From an uncultured Methanosarcinaceae archaeon (GTDB taxonomy: Archaea; Halobacteriota; Methanosarcinia; Methanosarcinales; Methanosarcinaceae), in the NCBI GenBank assembly GCA_963727895.1, contig CAVSHT010000006.1, positions 44,767-108,766 on the forward strand: a stretch of DNA of 64,000 bases. Direction: 5' to 3'. The position numbers were made by a program, and so were the translations under genes. The notes under the pieces were generated by a model. The model saw only the letters and a program-made list of their open reading frames with translations, was not told the origin of the DNA and did not search any database. The first letter of the stretch is position 1. Each line of letters begins with the position of its first letter. Shown here in pieces: positions 9,910 to 20,809 of the stretch.

Positions 9910-10950
9910 ATGCAAGAAGATATGCGATTATTTGTCTTTTCCGAAAAAAAAGACAAGCAGCTGATCTATTCTCCTGAAAAATGCATTGGCTGTGGCACCT
10001 GCGTCCAGGCATGCCCTAAAGGCATCTTGGCAGTTGGAGCTGTTGGAGCTATAACAAGAGGTTTGCTAGATGCGGATTTCTTGGAAATGAAGAAAAGTGA
10101 ATCCTGCCTTGTCTGTGGAATTTGTGCGAAAGTTTGTCCCACAGGCGCTCTTGAATTGAGGCAGGAAGGAAAATCCATCACTGACATGTCCTATCTTTTT
10201 GGGGCTATGAAGCCAACGTCAGTAAATGAAAGTTGCGTCCACTGCGGTCTATGTGAAGATATCTGTCCTAGAGGGTGCATTGAAGTAACCCGTGAAATCT
10301 CAGCGGATGGGCACCTCAAGCTGGTTGGAAAGACAAATATTGATACCGAATGTTGTATCCACTGCGGCTGGTGTGCTGCAGTTTGTCCAGTGAATGCTAT
10401 TTCTGTAGAAAAACCTTTCGAGGGGCGCTGGACCAGAGATGAAAATGTCTGCCAGACCTGCCATACCTGTGTAGAAGTCTGTCCTGCAAACGCTATTTTT
10501 AATAAAAAAGCTAAACCTGGAGAAAGAGTCGAAAAGATAAGTCACCGCCCAGATGCCTGCATTTACTGTGGAGCCTGTGCAGTTGCTTGTCCAGTTAATG
10601 CTATTGATGTCAGAAAAACTGCAATTCTTCCTAATGTGGAGAAAAAGGGCATTCTTGAAAAAAAGTTACTTGAAGCCCCTGTTCCGGAAGCTAAGCTCCG
10701 TACATGCCTGGAAACCGATGAAGCTGAATGTCTGGGCTGCGGAAACTGTGTAATTGTCTGTCCGGTGAATGCCTTTTCTGACATTGAACTTGCAGCTGGA
10801 CACCTGAACAACATGGACGAAAAAGCTCTTATTGGAGTTAAAAACGGGAGAATTTCAGTCATAGATCAGGACCTCTGTGGAGCAGATGGGGCCTGCGCCA
10901 TGATCTGTCCGGTTGATGCTATCAGGCTTGTAAAAAGAGAGGTGGAATAA
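9910..10950 (+). CDS. fmdF: Formylmethanofuran dehydrogenase polyferredoxin subunit F
   Basis: Eight CxxCxxCxxxCP-type 4Fe-4S motifs; operon position. Confidence 0.93.
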   Translation: MQEDMRLFVFSEKKDKQLIYSPEKCIGCGTCVQACPKGILAVGAVGAITRGLLDADFLEMKKSESCLVCGICAKVCPTGALELRQEGKSITDMSYLFGAMKPTSVNESCVHCGLCEDICPRGCIEVTREISADGHLKLVGKTNIDTECCIHCGWCAAVCPVNAISVEKPFEGRWTRDENVCQTCHTCVEVCPANAIFNKKAKPGERVEKISHRPDACIYCGACAVACPVNAIDVRKTAILPNVEKKGILEKKLLEAPVPEAKLRTCLETDEAECLGCGNCVIVCPVNAFSDIELAAGHLNNMDEKALIGVKNGRISVIDQDLCGADGACAMICPVDAIRLVKREVE

Positions 10951-12704
10951 TGGCAGGAACAATTGCAATTAAGAATGGATACGTCTTTGATCCCCTAAAT
11001 GAGATAAATGGGGAAATTCTGGATATCTTCATCAAAGATGGAAAAGTTGTAAGGGAGCTTTCTGCAGCCGAACTAAAAGAAGCAAAGGTCATTGACGTCT
11101 CTGGTATGACGGTAATGCCTGGAGGAGTTGACTCTCACTCTCATGTTGCAGGAGCAAAGGTTAATGCCGGTAGGTCGATGCGTCCAGAAGACCATTATAA
11201 AGCAAATCTTCAAAAGACTTCACTTACTCATTCAGGCTCAGGTTACACCGTTCCTTCAGTCTACAAACAGGGATACGATTATGCAACTATGGGTTACACA
11301 ACTGTCTTTGAAGCTGCAATTCCGCCTCTTGAAGCTCGCCACACTCATGAAGAAATGCGAGCAACTCCGCTTCTTGACATGGGCGGGTATCTGATACTTG
11401 GAAACAACTTCTTTTTGATGCGTTACCTCCACAATGGAGACATAGAAAAAGCTGCGGCTTATGTAGCCTGGATGATGAAAACTCACAAAGCTTATGGAAT
11501 TAAATGTGTCAATCCTGCAGGAGTCGAGAACTGGGGTTGGGGTAAAAACATCCACTCTCTTGATGAAGCCAACATCCATTTCGAAGTTACTCCGCGAGAA
11601 ATAATAAAAGGGCTTAGTGAGATCAATGAAAGTCTCGGCATGCCTATACCTCTTCACCTGCATGCAAATAACCTTGGACATCCTGGTTGCTGTGGAATTA
11701 CTAAAGATTCTCTCCAAATCCTCGACGGTATAAAGCCCAAGCAGAAAATGGGTGTTGAATGGGCTGAAACCAAAGTGGATCCTTTAAGGGAACGTTCTGT
11801 ATACCTTGCCCACCTGATGTTCAATAGTTTTGCGGGCACTACCTGGGGAGACTGTGAATCCGGAGTAAAAGGTATTGCAGAATACATTAACAACAAAGAC
11901 CATGTGGTAATCGACAGTGGATGCACGCCTTTCGGAGAAGCCACAGTTATGACAGGAGATGGACCTGCCATTCAGGATATGTACAAGCTTACCGGAAACA
12001 AATGGTCGAATACCGATGTTGAAATGGAAGGTGGGTCAGGAGTCATTCCTTTTACTTATCTCAAGTCTAACCCTGTACACAGTTTGCAGTGGGCAATGGG
12101 ACTTGAATGTCTTCTACTTATTAATGATCCATGGAAGACAATTCTGACTACGGACAGTCCTAATGGTGGGCCATTTACTAAATATCCAGAGGTTATGACC
12201 TGGGTTATGTCCGAAGCTTTCAGGAAACAGACATTCAGTGAATGTCATAAGTGGGCAAACGACAGGAGTGAACTCGGATGTCTAAACCGGGAGCTTTCTC
12301 TATATGACCTGGCGATCCTAACCAGAGCCAACCCTACCAAAACAATTGGTATGGCTCACAGGAAAGGTTCTCTTGGTGTGGGTGCAGACGGAGATGTTAC
12401 AGTCTATAATCTAAATCCACAGCAGCTTGACACAAACAACTATGAGGCCCTACTTCAGGCTTTCAGAAAGGCAGAATACACCGTAAAGGGTGGAGAAATC
12501 GTGTCCGTTCAAGGAGAAATCGTTTCCTTACCTGGAAAGCGGACTTACTATTCCGAAGTACATGTAGAAAACGAGCGGGAAAAGGAAATGCTGGCTGATG
12601 TGAAAGAGTGGTTCAGGTACTATACCCTGGGCTTTGCCAACTATCCAACTCCAGAAAAGTATCTGGAAAATCCGACTCCCATACAGGTTAATGTTGAGAG
12701 GTGA
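10950..12704 (+). CDS. fmdA: Formylmethanofuran dehydrogenase subunit A (amidohydrolase)
   Basis: DSHSHVAG, GIKCVNPAG, HLHANNLG, TDSPNGGPF motifs. Confidence 0.96.
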   Translation: MAGTIAIKNGYVFDPLNEINGEILDIFIKDGKVVRELSAAELKEAKVIDVSGMTVMPGGVDSHSHVAGAKVNAGRSMRPEDHYKANLQKTSLTHSGSGYTVPSVYKQGYDYATMGYTTVFEAAIPPLEARHTHEEMRATPLLDMGGYLILGNNFFLMRYLHNGDIEKAAAYVAWMMKTHKAYGIKCVNPAGVENWGWGKNIHSLDEANIHFEVTPREIIKGLSEINESLGMPIPLHLHANNLGHPGCCGITKDSLQILDGIKPKQKMGVEWAETKVDPLRERSVYLAHLMFNSFAGTTWGDCESGVKGIAEYINNKDHVVIDSGCTPFGEATVMTGDGPAIQDMYKLTGNKWSNTDVEMEGGSGVIPFTYLKSNPVHSLQWAMGLECLLLINDPWKTILTTDSPNGGPFTKYPEVMTWVMSEAFRKQTFSECHKWANDRSELGCLNRELSLYDLAILTRANPTKTIGMAHRKGSLGVGADGDVTVYNLNPQQLDTNNYEALLQAFRKAEYTVKGGEIVSVQGEIVSLPGKRTYYSEVHVENEREKEMLADVKEWFRYYTLGFANYPTPEKYLENPTPIQVNVER

Positions 12705-12708
12705 GATA

Positions 12709-13614
12709 ATGACAGAGGGAGTTCTTATTGATAAAAACAAAAACGACAGCAAGCTCGAAGCAGTTATAAAACCTGAATCATTCACTGGAAAAGTTTCTGG
12801 TGAAATGGCAGAAGTAATGCTTATTCCTAAAAAAGAGATTGACATTAAACTGGAAGCAGACGTTATAACTCCTGATTCTTTTGCAGGTAAAAGTGCAGAG
12901 GAAATAGGAAATCTGTCCATCTGGCAGGGACCAAAGACCTATCCAATTTCTGACTTTTTTGAAGTAATAGGTAATGGAGGTAGCACTGCAGCTGAAACCT
13001 TAATCCGCATAAAAGGTGATTCAACGAGGATTAAAAGGATCGGTGAAGGCATGAGCGCGGGAAAGATTGAAATTGAAGGTTCTGCTGGCATGCACGTAGG
13101 TACCGGTATGAAGGGAGGAGATCTCGTCGTTTATGGAGATGCAGATTCATGGGCTGGTATGGAAATGATTGGAGGTCTTCTTCACATTAAAGGTAATGCT
13201 GGAGATCACGTGGGCTGCGCTTACAGAGGTAAATGGCACGGCATGAAAGGTGGACGCATTGTTGTCGAAGGTTCGGCACGTCACCAGCTTGGAGGCGGCA
13301 TGGACGGTGGTGAAATTCTTGTAGAAGGCAATGTTGAAAGCTTCTGTGGAATTCGCCAGAACGGTGGGCTCATCTTCGTAAAAGGCAATGCTCTTCGTGG
13401 AGTCGGTGCTGAAATGGCTGGAGGCACCATAGTTGTTGGGGGTAAAATAGAGCGCTTCTCCCCAGGTTTTGAGTTCGTGTCTATGGAAAATAGTGTCAAA
13501 TCTGGTGAAGTTGAATTTATAGGCGAATTCAAGAAATTCACAGGGGATTATGCGATCAGCAAGCGAGCAAAAGGAGCGCTTTACGTGGTTGCAGATACAA
13601 ACCCGGAACTCTGA
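12709..13614 (+). CDS. fmdC: Formylmethanofuran dehydrogenase subunit C
   Basis: Gly-rich GXGXG beta-helix repeats (G..M.GG.I.V.G); ATG 12709. Confidence 0.95.
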   Translation: MTEGVLIDKNKNDSKLEAVIKPESFTGKVSGEMAEVMLIPKKEIDIKLEADVITPDSFAGKSAEEIGNLSIWQGPKTYPISDFFEVIGNGGSTAAETLIRIKGDSTRIKRIGEGMSAGKIEIEGSAGMHVGTGMKGGDLVVYGDADSWAGMEMIGGLLHIKGNAGDHVGCAYRGKWHGMKGGRIVVEGSARHQLGGGMDGGEILVEGNVESFCGIRQNGGLIFVKGNALRGVGAEMAGGTIVVGGKIERFSPGFEFVSMENSVKSGEVEFIGEFKKFTGDYAISKRAKGALYVVADTNPEL

Positions 13615-13624
13615 GGTGAGAAGT

Positions 13625-14014
13625 ATGGAAGTAGTACTCATTAGTGGAAGTACAATTGATGAAGGCAGGCTTGCTAAAGGAGGGGATAAATTTACAGACG
13701 ATTACACTATGGAGTGTGCATCGTGCTGGATTTCTCCTGTAGATTTTGCATCACTTTGTTCTCCTGCTAAAGTAAAAGTAACAAGCCGGAATGGAAAACA
13801 TTCAATCGTAGTTTATACAAAATGTACTGATGCAGTCCAACCAGGGCAGGTGTTTATGCCAAGGGCTATCTGGTCAAATGTTATTGTTGATCCTGATACC
13901 CTTTCTACGGGTTCTCCCCTCTATAAAGGCGCTCCAGTAACAATTGAACCCAGTGAAGGAGAGGTTCTTAGCGCCGAAGATGTAGTATTGAAAATTTATA
14001 TCGGAGGGCAGTGA
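13625..14014 (+). CDS. fmdD: Formylmethanofuran dehydrogenase subunit D
   Basis: Molybdopterin dinucleotide-binding domain; GQVFMP.AIW.N and T.STGSPLYKG motifs. Confidence 0.94.
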   Translation: MEVVLISGSTIDEGRLAKGGDKFTDDYTMECASCWISPVDFASLCSPAKVKVTSRNGKHSIVVYTKCTDAVQPGQVFMPRAIWSNVIVDPDTLSTGSPLYKGAPVTIEPSEGEVLSAEDVVLKIYIGGQ

Positions 14015-15318
14015 GTATGATTTACAAAAACATAGTTTGTCCGGTCTGTGGGGCAGCTTGTGATGACATCCAGGTTGAATTCGGAGATGGGAAGATTGAA
14101 GCCAAAAACGCGTGCAAGATGGGGAATGCAAAATTTAAGGAAGTTGTAAGTTCCCATAGGCTCAGGCAGCCTCTTATTAAGAGCGAAGGAAAACTGGCCC
14201 CTGCAGACTGGGATGAAGCTCTTGAAAGAACAGCCGATATACTTGTTTCAGCAAAACGTCCCCTGCTTTTTATGGGCAGCGAAACCTCCTGTGAAGCACA
14301 TGAAATAGGGCTTAAGATCGGGGAATATCTGGGAGCAATTGTTGACTCTAATGCTACTATCTGCCACGGACCAACCGCTATGGGAATCCAGGAATCTGGA
14401 AAAGTCGGTGCAACTGAAGGGCAGAAGAAAAACAGAGCCGATCTTTTAATTTATTGGGGTACCAATCCTCTTGAATCCATGCCGAGACAGATGTCAAGAT
14501 ACGCTGTTTTCCCGAGAGGTTACTGGACAAAGCGCGGACGTTTCGACAGGACAGTTATAACTGTAGACCCGCGAAAAACTCCAACTGCTGCAGCTTCTGA
14601 CCTGCACGTACAGCTCAAGCCAGGCTCGGATTATGAACTGATAAGTGCACTTATGACTCTGCTCCATGGGAAAACTCCTCATCCATCTGTAGAGGAGATC
14701 ACAGGAGTTCCAATTCCTGTTATGGAGGAGATGCTCAATATGATGAAGAACTGTACATTTGGAGCTATCTCAGTGGGGCTTGGACTTTCCTCATCTATAG
14801 GGAAACACAGGAATGCTGAAATTGCCATGAATTTCGTAAAGGAAATGAACAATTACTCCAAGTTCACCCTTGGAGCGCTCCGTGGTCACTGTAATGTGGC
14901 AGGTTTTAACCAGGTCGCTTCCTATATGTACGGTTACCCCTTTGGGCTTGACTTCACACGCGGGCATCCGCGTTATAATCCTGGAGAATTTACAACTGTT
15001 GATGTACTGCGAGAAAAGGATGTGGATGCAGCTTTTGTAATGTGTGCTGACCTTGTATGCCATATCCCTGCAGATTGCGCCTCTTACCTTGCTGAAATTC
15101 CGATGGCCTGCCTGGACATTGCTCCATGCCCGACAACAGCAGCTTCAGATATTGTACTTCCTGGAGTAATTGACGCCATGGAATGCGACGGAACCTTCTA
15201 CAGGCTCGATGACGTGGCTGTACACTTTGAACCGTTTACGAATTCTCCTTTCGAGTTCACAAAGAGCAACGAAGATACTCTGAAGCAGCTTTTTGAGAAA
15301 ATAAAAGCAAGGAAATAA
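14011..15318 (+). CDS. fmdB: Formylmethanofuran dehydrogenase catalytic subunit B
   Basis: CPVCGAACDD 4Fe-4S motif; ATICHGP (Cys ligand); RGHCNVAG. Confidence 0.96.
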   Translation: MSMIYKNIVCPVCGAACDDIQVEFGDGKIEAKNACKMGNAKFKEVVSSHRLRQPLIKSEGKLAPADWDEALERTADILVSAKRPLLFMGSETSCEAHEIGLKIGEYLGAIVDSNATICHGPTAMGIQESGKVGATEGQKKNRADLLIYWGTNPLESMPRQMSRYAVFPRGYWTKRGRFDRTVITVDPRKTPTAAASDLHVQLKPGSDYELISALMTLLHGKTPHPSVEEITGVPIPVMEEMLNMMKNCTFGAISVGLGLSSSIGKHRNAEIAMNFVKEMNNYSKFTLGALRGHCNVAGFNQVASYMYGYPFGLDFTRGHPRYNPGEFTTVDVLREKDVDAAFVMCADLVCHIPADCASYLAEIPMACLDIAPCPTTAASDIVLPGVIDAMECDGTFYRLDDVAVHFEPFTNSPFEFTKSNEDTLKQLFEKIKARK

Positions 15319-15467
15319 ATCTTTCAGGTTTTTTTCCTTTATACACTACGATGAAAAACAATATTCAAAAGAGAGAATAATTTCTCTCTAACTCTTTTTC
15401 TCAAAAATTGACGGTGGCAACTTTTAATATTTTGATTTTTTAATACTTTTCTTAGCTCCTGCACTCT

Positions 15468-16196
15468 TTAAGTCTGAGCTATTATTACATGATACTTGTA
15501 TTCGTAATACATTGACTGCACAAAAGTAGTTTCAAAGCCGTATTTAGCTGCTATATTCCTAATTTTATTCGGATTGTGGGCAAACCCAAGAATATCTCTT
15601 GGACGATTATTCAAGCTGGCAGCTGCTATAACTTTACACTCAAAACCGATTTTTTGTATAATTTTCCAGAAATTTGCATCTTGTGAGAACAGTCCTATTT
15701 TCCATAATGGATATAGTCGGGGATCCAGTATGTCAAACAATACTATTCTCCCTTTGTTATTCAGATACTTTGATGCATTAAATATAAAATTGTCAATTTC
15801 TTGCAATGTCAAATACTGCATCACTCCAGCTGCAGTTATTCGATCATAGGAAGATTCCAGCTTGTTCCAGATAGTTTTGTCATCAGCCTGGATTAACAAT
15901 ATATTCTCATATTTTTTTTCCCTGATTTTTTTGCTTGCTTCGTCAAGCATGGATGCGGAAAAATCAACTCCTATAAGCTGTTCATATTCTGGAGCATAGT
16001 AAGTAAGGAGTTCGCCGGCACCGCATCCAAAGTCAAGCAGTGTTTTGCCGCCGTCTAGATGGAATAGCTTTTCCCTAGCTTCCATGGAAATAAATTCCTC
16101 AGATGAAGATCTGTGACCACCGTCTCTCCTACCTGTGAAAAACTCTATCCAGAAATCCTTTTTATCAGATAGCTTTTTCTCTTTATCCCCCAACAT
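15468..16196 (-). CDS. Class I SAM-dependent methyltransferase
   Basis: LLDFGCGAG motif I; GVDFS..ML; YD.I...GVMQYL. Confidence 0.85.
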   Translation of the reverse strand: MLGDKEKKLSDKKDFWIEFFTGRRDGGHRSSSEEFISMEAREKLFHLDGGKTLLDFGCGAGELLTYYAPEYEQLIGVDFSASMLDEASKKIREKKYENILLIQADDKTIWNKLESSYDRITAAGVMQYLTLQEIDNFIFNASKYLNNKGRIVLFDILDPRLYPLWKIGLFSQDANFWKIIQKIGFECKVIAAASLNNRPRDILGFAHNPNKIRNIAAKYGFETTFVQSMYYEYKYHVIIAQT

Positions 16197-16414
16197 ATTG
16201 TTTATACTCCCAGATATTCCTTTTTATAAATCTCTTATTATAATATCCCCCAAATGATTTATAATTTATAGGCTTATAAAGATTATTCTATAGCTTGAAT
16301 AAAATCTTATTTTTCTTCCCAAAAACAGTATTTTAATTGTTATTTTGCTATTTTAACAGTTTATGAACATTAATTCTTATTTTTATGACTTCTATTCCTA
16401 TTATATATTTATTT

Positions 16415-17154
16415 GGCATTGTTATCTAAACATAGTTAACTCTTTATTTCTTTATTTCATCAATATAATAACCGAGTACTTTAGCATTTCAAGACTTTTT
16501 GTATAACACTTTGTCTTTCTTCTCAATCTTGCCAGGAAATGCCTCAATATGCTGTTATATCCCTCAACTGTAAATGTTTCTGCTTTGGATTGAGTATGGA
16601 TCTTTTCTGGAATAAACTCTGCATATGCCCTCCAGTGATCTGTCATCACTTCTCCAATCTCTTTTTTCTTCAATTTTTCCCAGAGTAGTTTTCCAGTTTC
16701 TGTTCCTCTGCTACCAAAAGAGCAGTTGATAAACTTTTTCCCAACTCTATCAACAGCAATCCAGATCCAGCAATATTTTTTTTGTTACCGATGTAAGTGT
16801 GCATCTCATCCATTTCAACAATAGATATCTCACTTTCACTTTTTAGGTCCTCTAACTCCTGACCAAATTTCTTTATCCATCTTTGGATAGAAACATGACT
16901 CACCCCTAAAACTCTTCCTATTGAACGAAAGCCCAATACTTCAAGGTAAAGTTGTAAAGCCTGTCTTTTTACAGAGGCGGAAAAAGCAGTTGATTTTAGC
17001 TCTACTGTATAGTTATATCCACAATCATGGCATTTGTAGCGTTGACGCCCGCCAACTATACCGTTCTTTTTGTGACTGGAACTATTGCATCTGGGGCAGT
17101 TCATGAAGAAATATACTTTCTAATAGTATATAACTATGTTTAAGTATCAATGCC
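16415..17154 (-). mobile_element. IS1-family insertion sequence, copy 1 (InsA/InsB joined by an A8 frameshift site)
   Basis: 24-bp terminal IRs GGCATTG(T/A)TA(TC/CT)TAAACATAGTTA; InsA 17104..16670 with CPRC...C..C zinc ribbon and HTH; InsB frame DEM/TDHW..Y/VEGYN; premature TAA 9 codons before the end seen in copy 3. Confidence 0.93.
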
Positions 17155-17324
17155 ATTTGCATTTATATCTTCATTAACCGGTTAAATATTAATTTAACCA
17201 GAAAATAGGCTGTATTCTTTTGAATGTCCTTTATTTATCTTAATTTATTAAAAAAAGAGAAATAAACTTTAATTTGATAGTGTGTTTAAAAGAACTTAGT
17301 TAAACTTATTTTTAAAATGTTATT

Positions 17325-17775
17325 TCATTTTTTCAAAGTTCCTACCACAGGATAACCTTTTAATATTCTATCCCCGTGAGGTGCTTTGTCCATTTTTTCC
17401 AGTGAGATCGGTTCCAGCATTACACCCGTTATGACTACCATTTTTCCACATATCACTATCTGAAACATTATAGATCTGATCTTGATAGGCAACATATGCT
17501 GTCCCATTTTTACCATTATATTTTGCAAATTCTTCAAGGGTATATTCTTTTATTTTCGATTTTTCGGTCACATTCTGTGTTGCAGTTGTATTCTGTCTTT
17601 CAGTTATGTTCTGTATTGCAGTTGCTTTTTCTCCAGCTGGAGTAACTACCTCAGTCGGAGTTACAGCTTGTTCCGAAGTTCCTGTTTCATTTGGAGTTAC
17701 CTGTTTATTTCCCGCGCATCCTATTGCGAGAAATAAACCTAACAACACTATTAATATAATCAGTGCTTTTCTCAC
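17325..17775 (-). pseudogene. Lipoprotein with cytochrome b5-like heme/steroid-binding domain, frameshifted near the C-terminus
   Basis: Lipobox LAIGC; YTLEE.AKYNG..G.AYVA....IYNVS...W..G.H....AGTDLT. Extra A at ~17393-17398 separates the tail MDKAPHG...L..YPVVG.L. Confidence 0.75.
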
Positions 17776-18066
17776 GGTTTCACTCCCCAGCCTACAATAT
17801 AGTTATTGTATCCAGAAATGATTTCACAGATTCAAAACCAGTTGAAAGTTCAATGAACTATAAAAAGCAGGTGATTCAAGAATAAAAGTTGAATAATTTC
17901 CAATCGCTTTTTTGCATTATAGATTGTTATGTAAAATGGAATAAATTCAAAGTTGAAGTAAATGTCAGGCAGTGTCTCAAAAAAAATCTTCTCAATAAGG
18001 AAAACGAGATTGGAAACTTACTTAGTTGCTACGCTTATGAATTAAATTTCTTTGTTTTTTTGTTTC

Positions 18067-18582
18067 TTATTCACTTATTTCTCCCCACATTTCACGTTCT
18101 TTTTCATTTTCATATACTTTTTCTATCCACTTCTCACGAAGCATACTAATCCAGTCCGGATGTTCAACGCCGTCATATTCGAATCCCAAAAACTTGTCTT
18201 TGCCAAAATGACTAAACGAAAGTGAAGCTACCTGTTCAAGTGATAGGTCATTAAGAGGCATTAATCCAAAAATGCCATATGTTGGACGTGTAGCCGGAAC
18301 AACACCAATTACCGTTTCCTCATCCCCTATGTGAGTATCCACACCGTAAATACCAATACCTGAGCCATCTTGATAAACTGGATTTGATTTAACAAACGTT
18401 TTCGTTAATTCTTTGTTTTCTAATTCTTTTTCTTTTACTGTATACTGGACAACTGCATATCCAATTAAAATGCGCTTTGTAACATACTCAGAAATTCCAT
18501 CTATGTTCTCAAAGCCAGTCTTCATCGGAATAGCATTAACGGCTCCCCTGACTTCCTTATATAATTGCTCATTATCTACCAT
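18067..18582 (-). CDS. Hypothetical protein (171 aa)
   Basis: Clean ORF with GGGGAG RBS and protein-like composition; no family recognised. Confidence 0.6.
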   Translation of the reverse strand: MVDNEQLYKEVRGAVNAIPMKTGFENIDGISEYVTKRILIGYAVVQYTVKEKELENKELTKTFVKSNPVYQDGSGIGIYGVDTHIGDEETVIGVVPATRPTYGIFGLMPLNDLSLEQVASLSFSHFGKDKFLGFEYDGVEHPDWISMLREKWIEKVYENEKEREMWGEISE

Positions 18583-19201
18583 GCTAATAACTCCCCTAGA
18601 TAAGCGTTAATATTGGCTCTAATTATTATAAGATCTTTTTTATTCATAATTGTGAGTACATATCAGTATATTCTCTCATAGAGTTAGCTTTTATGAAATC
18701 AGCTCTAATGCGAACTATCTTACTTTAGGATAAATAGATCTAGCGAAGTTTCAATAGTTACAGTTTCTTTGTTGATAAAAAATTAGTAATTTAGATCTGT
18801 ATAATAACTTTTTGATTTTGTGAGCTGCAAATGAGAGATGTCTGCAGCCTTTTTGGAGATTTGTTCAGAGGCTCCAGCATTTCGATTCGAAGAAAGGTAT
18901 TTTTTCGAGATGAAACTTTTTTGCGGAAAATGAGAATTAGTCCCCGGCTTGAGAGTTGTGTGGATCTGGAAATGTTTTTGGAATCGAATCACTGGAAGCC
19001 TCTAATTTCTAAATAAAAATAAGTTTATTATATATCTATTGGATATATTCTATATATTCAATCTTAGAATACTTAGTTTTCTGAGTAATATTAATTCAGA
19101 GTAATCTTAATATCAGCTTATTTTTCATCATGCTATTAATTAATCATTTTGTTTTAGGCGATCATTTTTTATATATTCATAAAGAATTCCTTCATGTTAC
19201 C

Positions 19202-19864
19202 ATGCTGCTCTTTGGACATATTGGTATTACACTTGGGATATTTTTCGTATTCTCATATATTAAACCAAGATTGAAGACTATCATAGACCTGAGGTTTCTT
19301 GCTATTGGAGCCCTTTTACCTGACTTGATAGATAAACCATTAGGAATGATTATCTTTGCATCAACCATTTCAAATGGACGTATGATAAGTCATACATTAT
19401 TATTTTCTTTTACTCTCTTCCTAATAGGTTTATATTTCTATGATAAAAAAAGCGATATCGCAATTATTTCCCTTGCTTCAGGTTCTTTCTTTCATCTTAT
19501 GGAAGATCAGATGTGGAATACTCCTAAAACCTTACTTTGGCCTCTACTTGGGTGGAGTTTTCCAAAAGATAACATTACTGACGGAATTGCATTTTTATTA
19601 ATGTTATTCAAAAAATCTTTTATACCTAGTTTCTCACAAGGTTTTATTCCTGATAAAACTTTTATTCCTGAAATAATGGGAATGATGGTAATATTTATTT
19701 TGACTTTAAATTGGTTAAAAAACAAGTTGATCAAAACGAGTTTTAAAAATGAGAAAATACTAACAGAGACTGCTAAAAAACCGGATATAGAAACAACCGT
19801 ATTTTACATCATAGGTTTCCTAGTATTTGGACTACTTTCCGTAAGCGCCATTATATCACTTTAA
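19202..19864 (+). CDS. Membrane-bound metal-dependent hydrolase (YdjM-like)
   Basis: MLLFGHIG, GALLPDLIDKP, GR..SHTL, HL.ED.MW motifs. Confidence 0.82.
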   Translation: MLLFGHIGITLGIFFVFSYIKPRLKTIIDLRFLAIGALLPDLIDKPLGMIIFASTISNGRMISHTLLFSFTLFLIGLYFYDKKSDIAIISLASGSFFHLMEDQMWNTPKTLLWPLLGWSFPKDNITDGIAFLLMLFKKSFIPSFSQGFIPDKTFIPEIMGMMVIFILTLNWLKNKLIKTSFKNEKILTETAKKPDIETTVFYIIGFLVFGLLSVSAIISL

Positions 19865-20077
19865 GATTTTAACTGAGACTTGTGGAATACATGAGATCTA
19901 AAACTTTAAGGCTTTTTTCATCATCGTGAGTACATACTTGTAAATTACTCGATCGCTTTACAATTATTCAATTACTTACAAAATGAGATCATGCGAAACA
20001 ATTCTGTATTTTAGGGTCTAATTATTAATATTATCTAAGTATAGATCATAGATATAGATATTAAAGGGGTGTCAAGT

Positions 20078-20578
20078 ATGAAAAGTACTATTTTCAGGAA
20101 GATTATGGTTGCGACCGACGGTTCAGAACTCGTAAAAAGAGCAGTCGATTCAGCAATTGAAATTGCAAAATTAAGCGAAGCAAAGCTGTATGCTGTACAT
20201 GTGATCGAATTAGGTGGCGATCTGCTAATTCCTTCAAGAGAAGAGGGGTGGAAAAGAACAATCGAAGAACAACTTTCTATAGAGGGTAAGAAAGCAACAG
20301 ACTATGTGGAAAATATCGCAAGAGCTGCAAACGTTGAGGTTGAATCCATAATTCTTGAAGGAAAACCTGTGAATGAGATCCTTGATTTTGCAGAAAAAAA
20401 CGAAGTTGACCTTATTGTTATGGGCACACATGGAAAAACTGGAATTCAGAGATTTTTTGTCGGAAGCGTGTCTGAAAATGTAGTTAGACATTCTAAAATA
20501 CCTGTAATTGTTGTAAAAGGAGAGTCTTCCGATTTATTATATAAGGCTCTGCTTAAAAGTGAGGAACAGACACAATAA
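20078..20578 (+). CDS. Universal stress protein
   Basis: KIMVATDGS, DLIVMGTHG..G, GSVSE.VVR....PV.VV. Confidence 0.92.
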   Translation: MKSTIFRKIMVATDGSELVKRAVDSAIEIAKLSEAKLYAVHVIELGGDLLIPSREEGWKRTIEEQLSIEGKKATDYVENIARAANVEVESIILEGKPVNEILDFAEKNEVDLIVMGTHGKTGIQRFFVGSVSENVVRHSKIPVIVVKGESSDLLYKALLKSEEQTQ

Positions 20579-20809
20579 TGCAATTGATTTAATATCAGCA
20601 TTTATACTTCACTCTTTTCAATATTTAATTCTAGTTTCAATGATGTTACCTTGAAAGTATATTGAAAGTTATGCAAAATCAGTAGCATAAAAGTTCTGTC
20701 TCTTTATTTATTTTTCACTTTTCACAAACTCGAAACTACTTGATTCTAAAATTCATTTAAGAAATGATAAAGTTCAAATTATTAAATAGCTGATAAGGTC
20801 TGATTTTAA

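Noticed and set aside
16400..17170. Target-site duplications around the IS1 copies
   Set aside because: No convincing 8-9 bp direct repeat at the flanks (only ATTT at copy 1)
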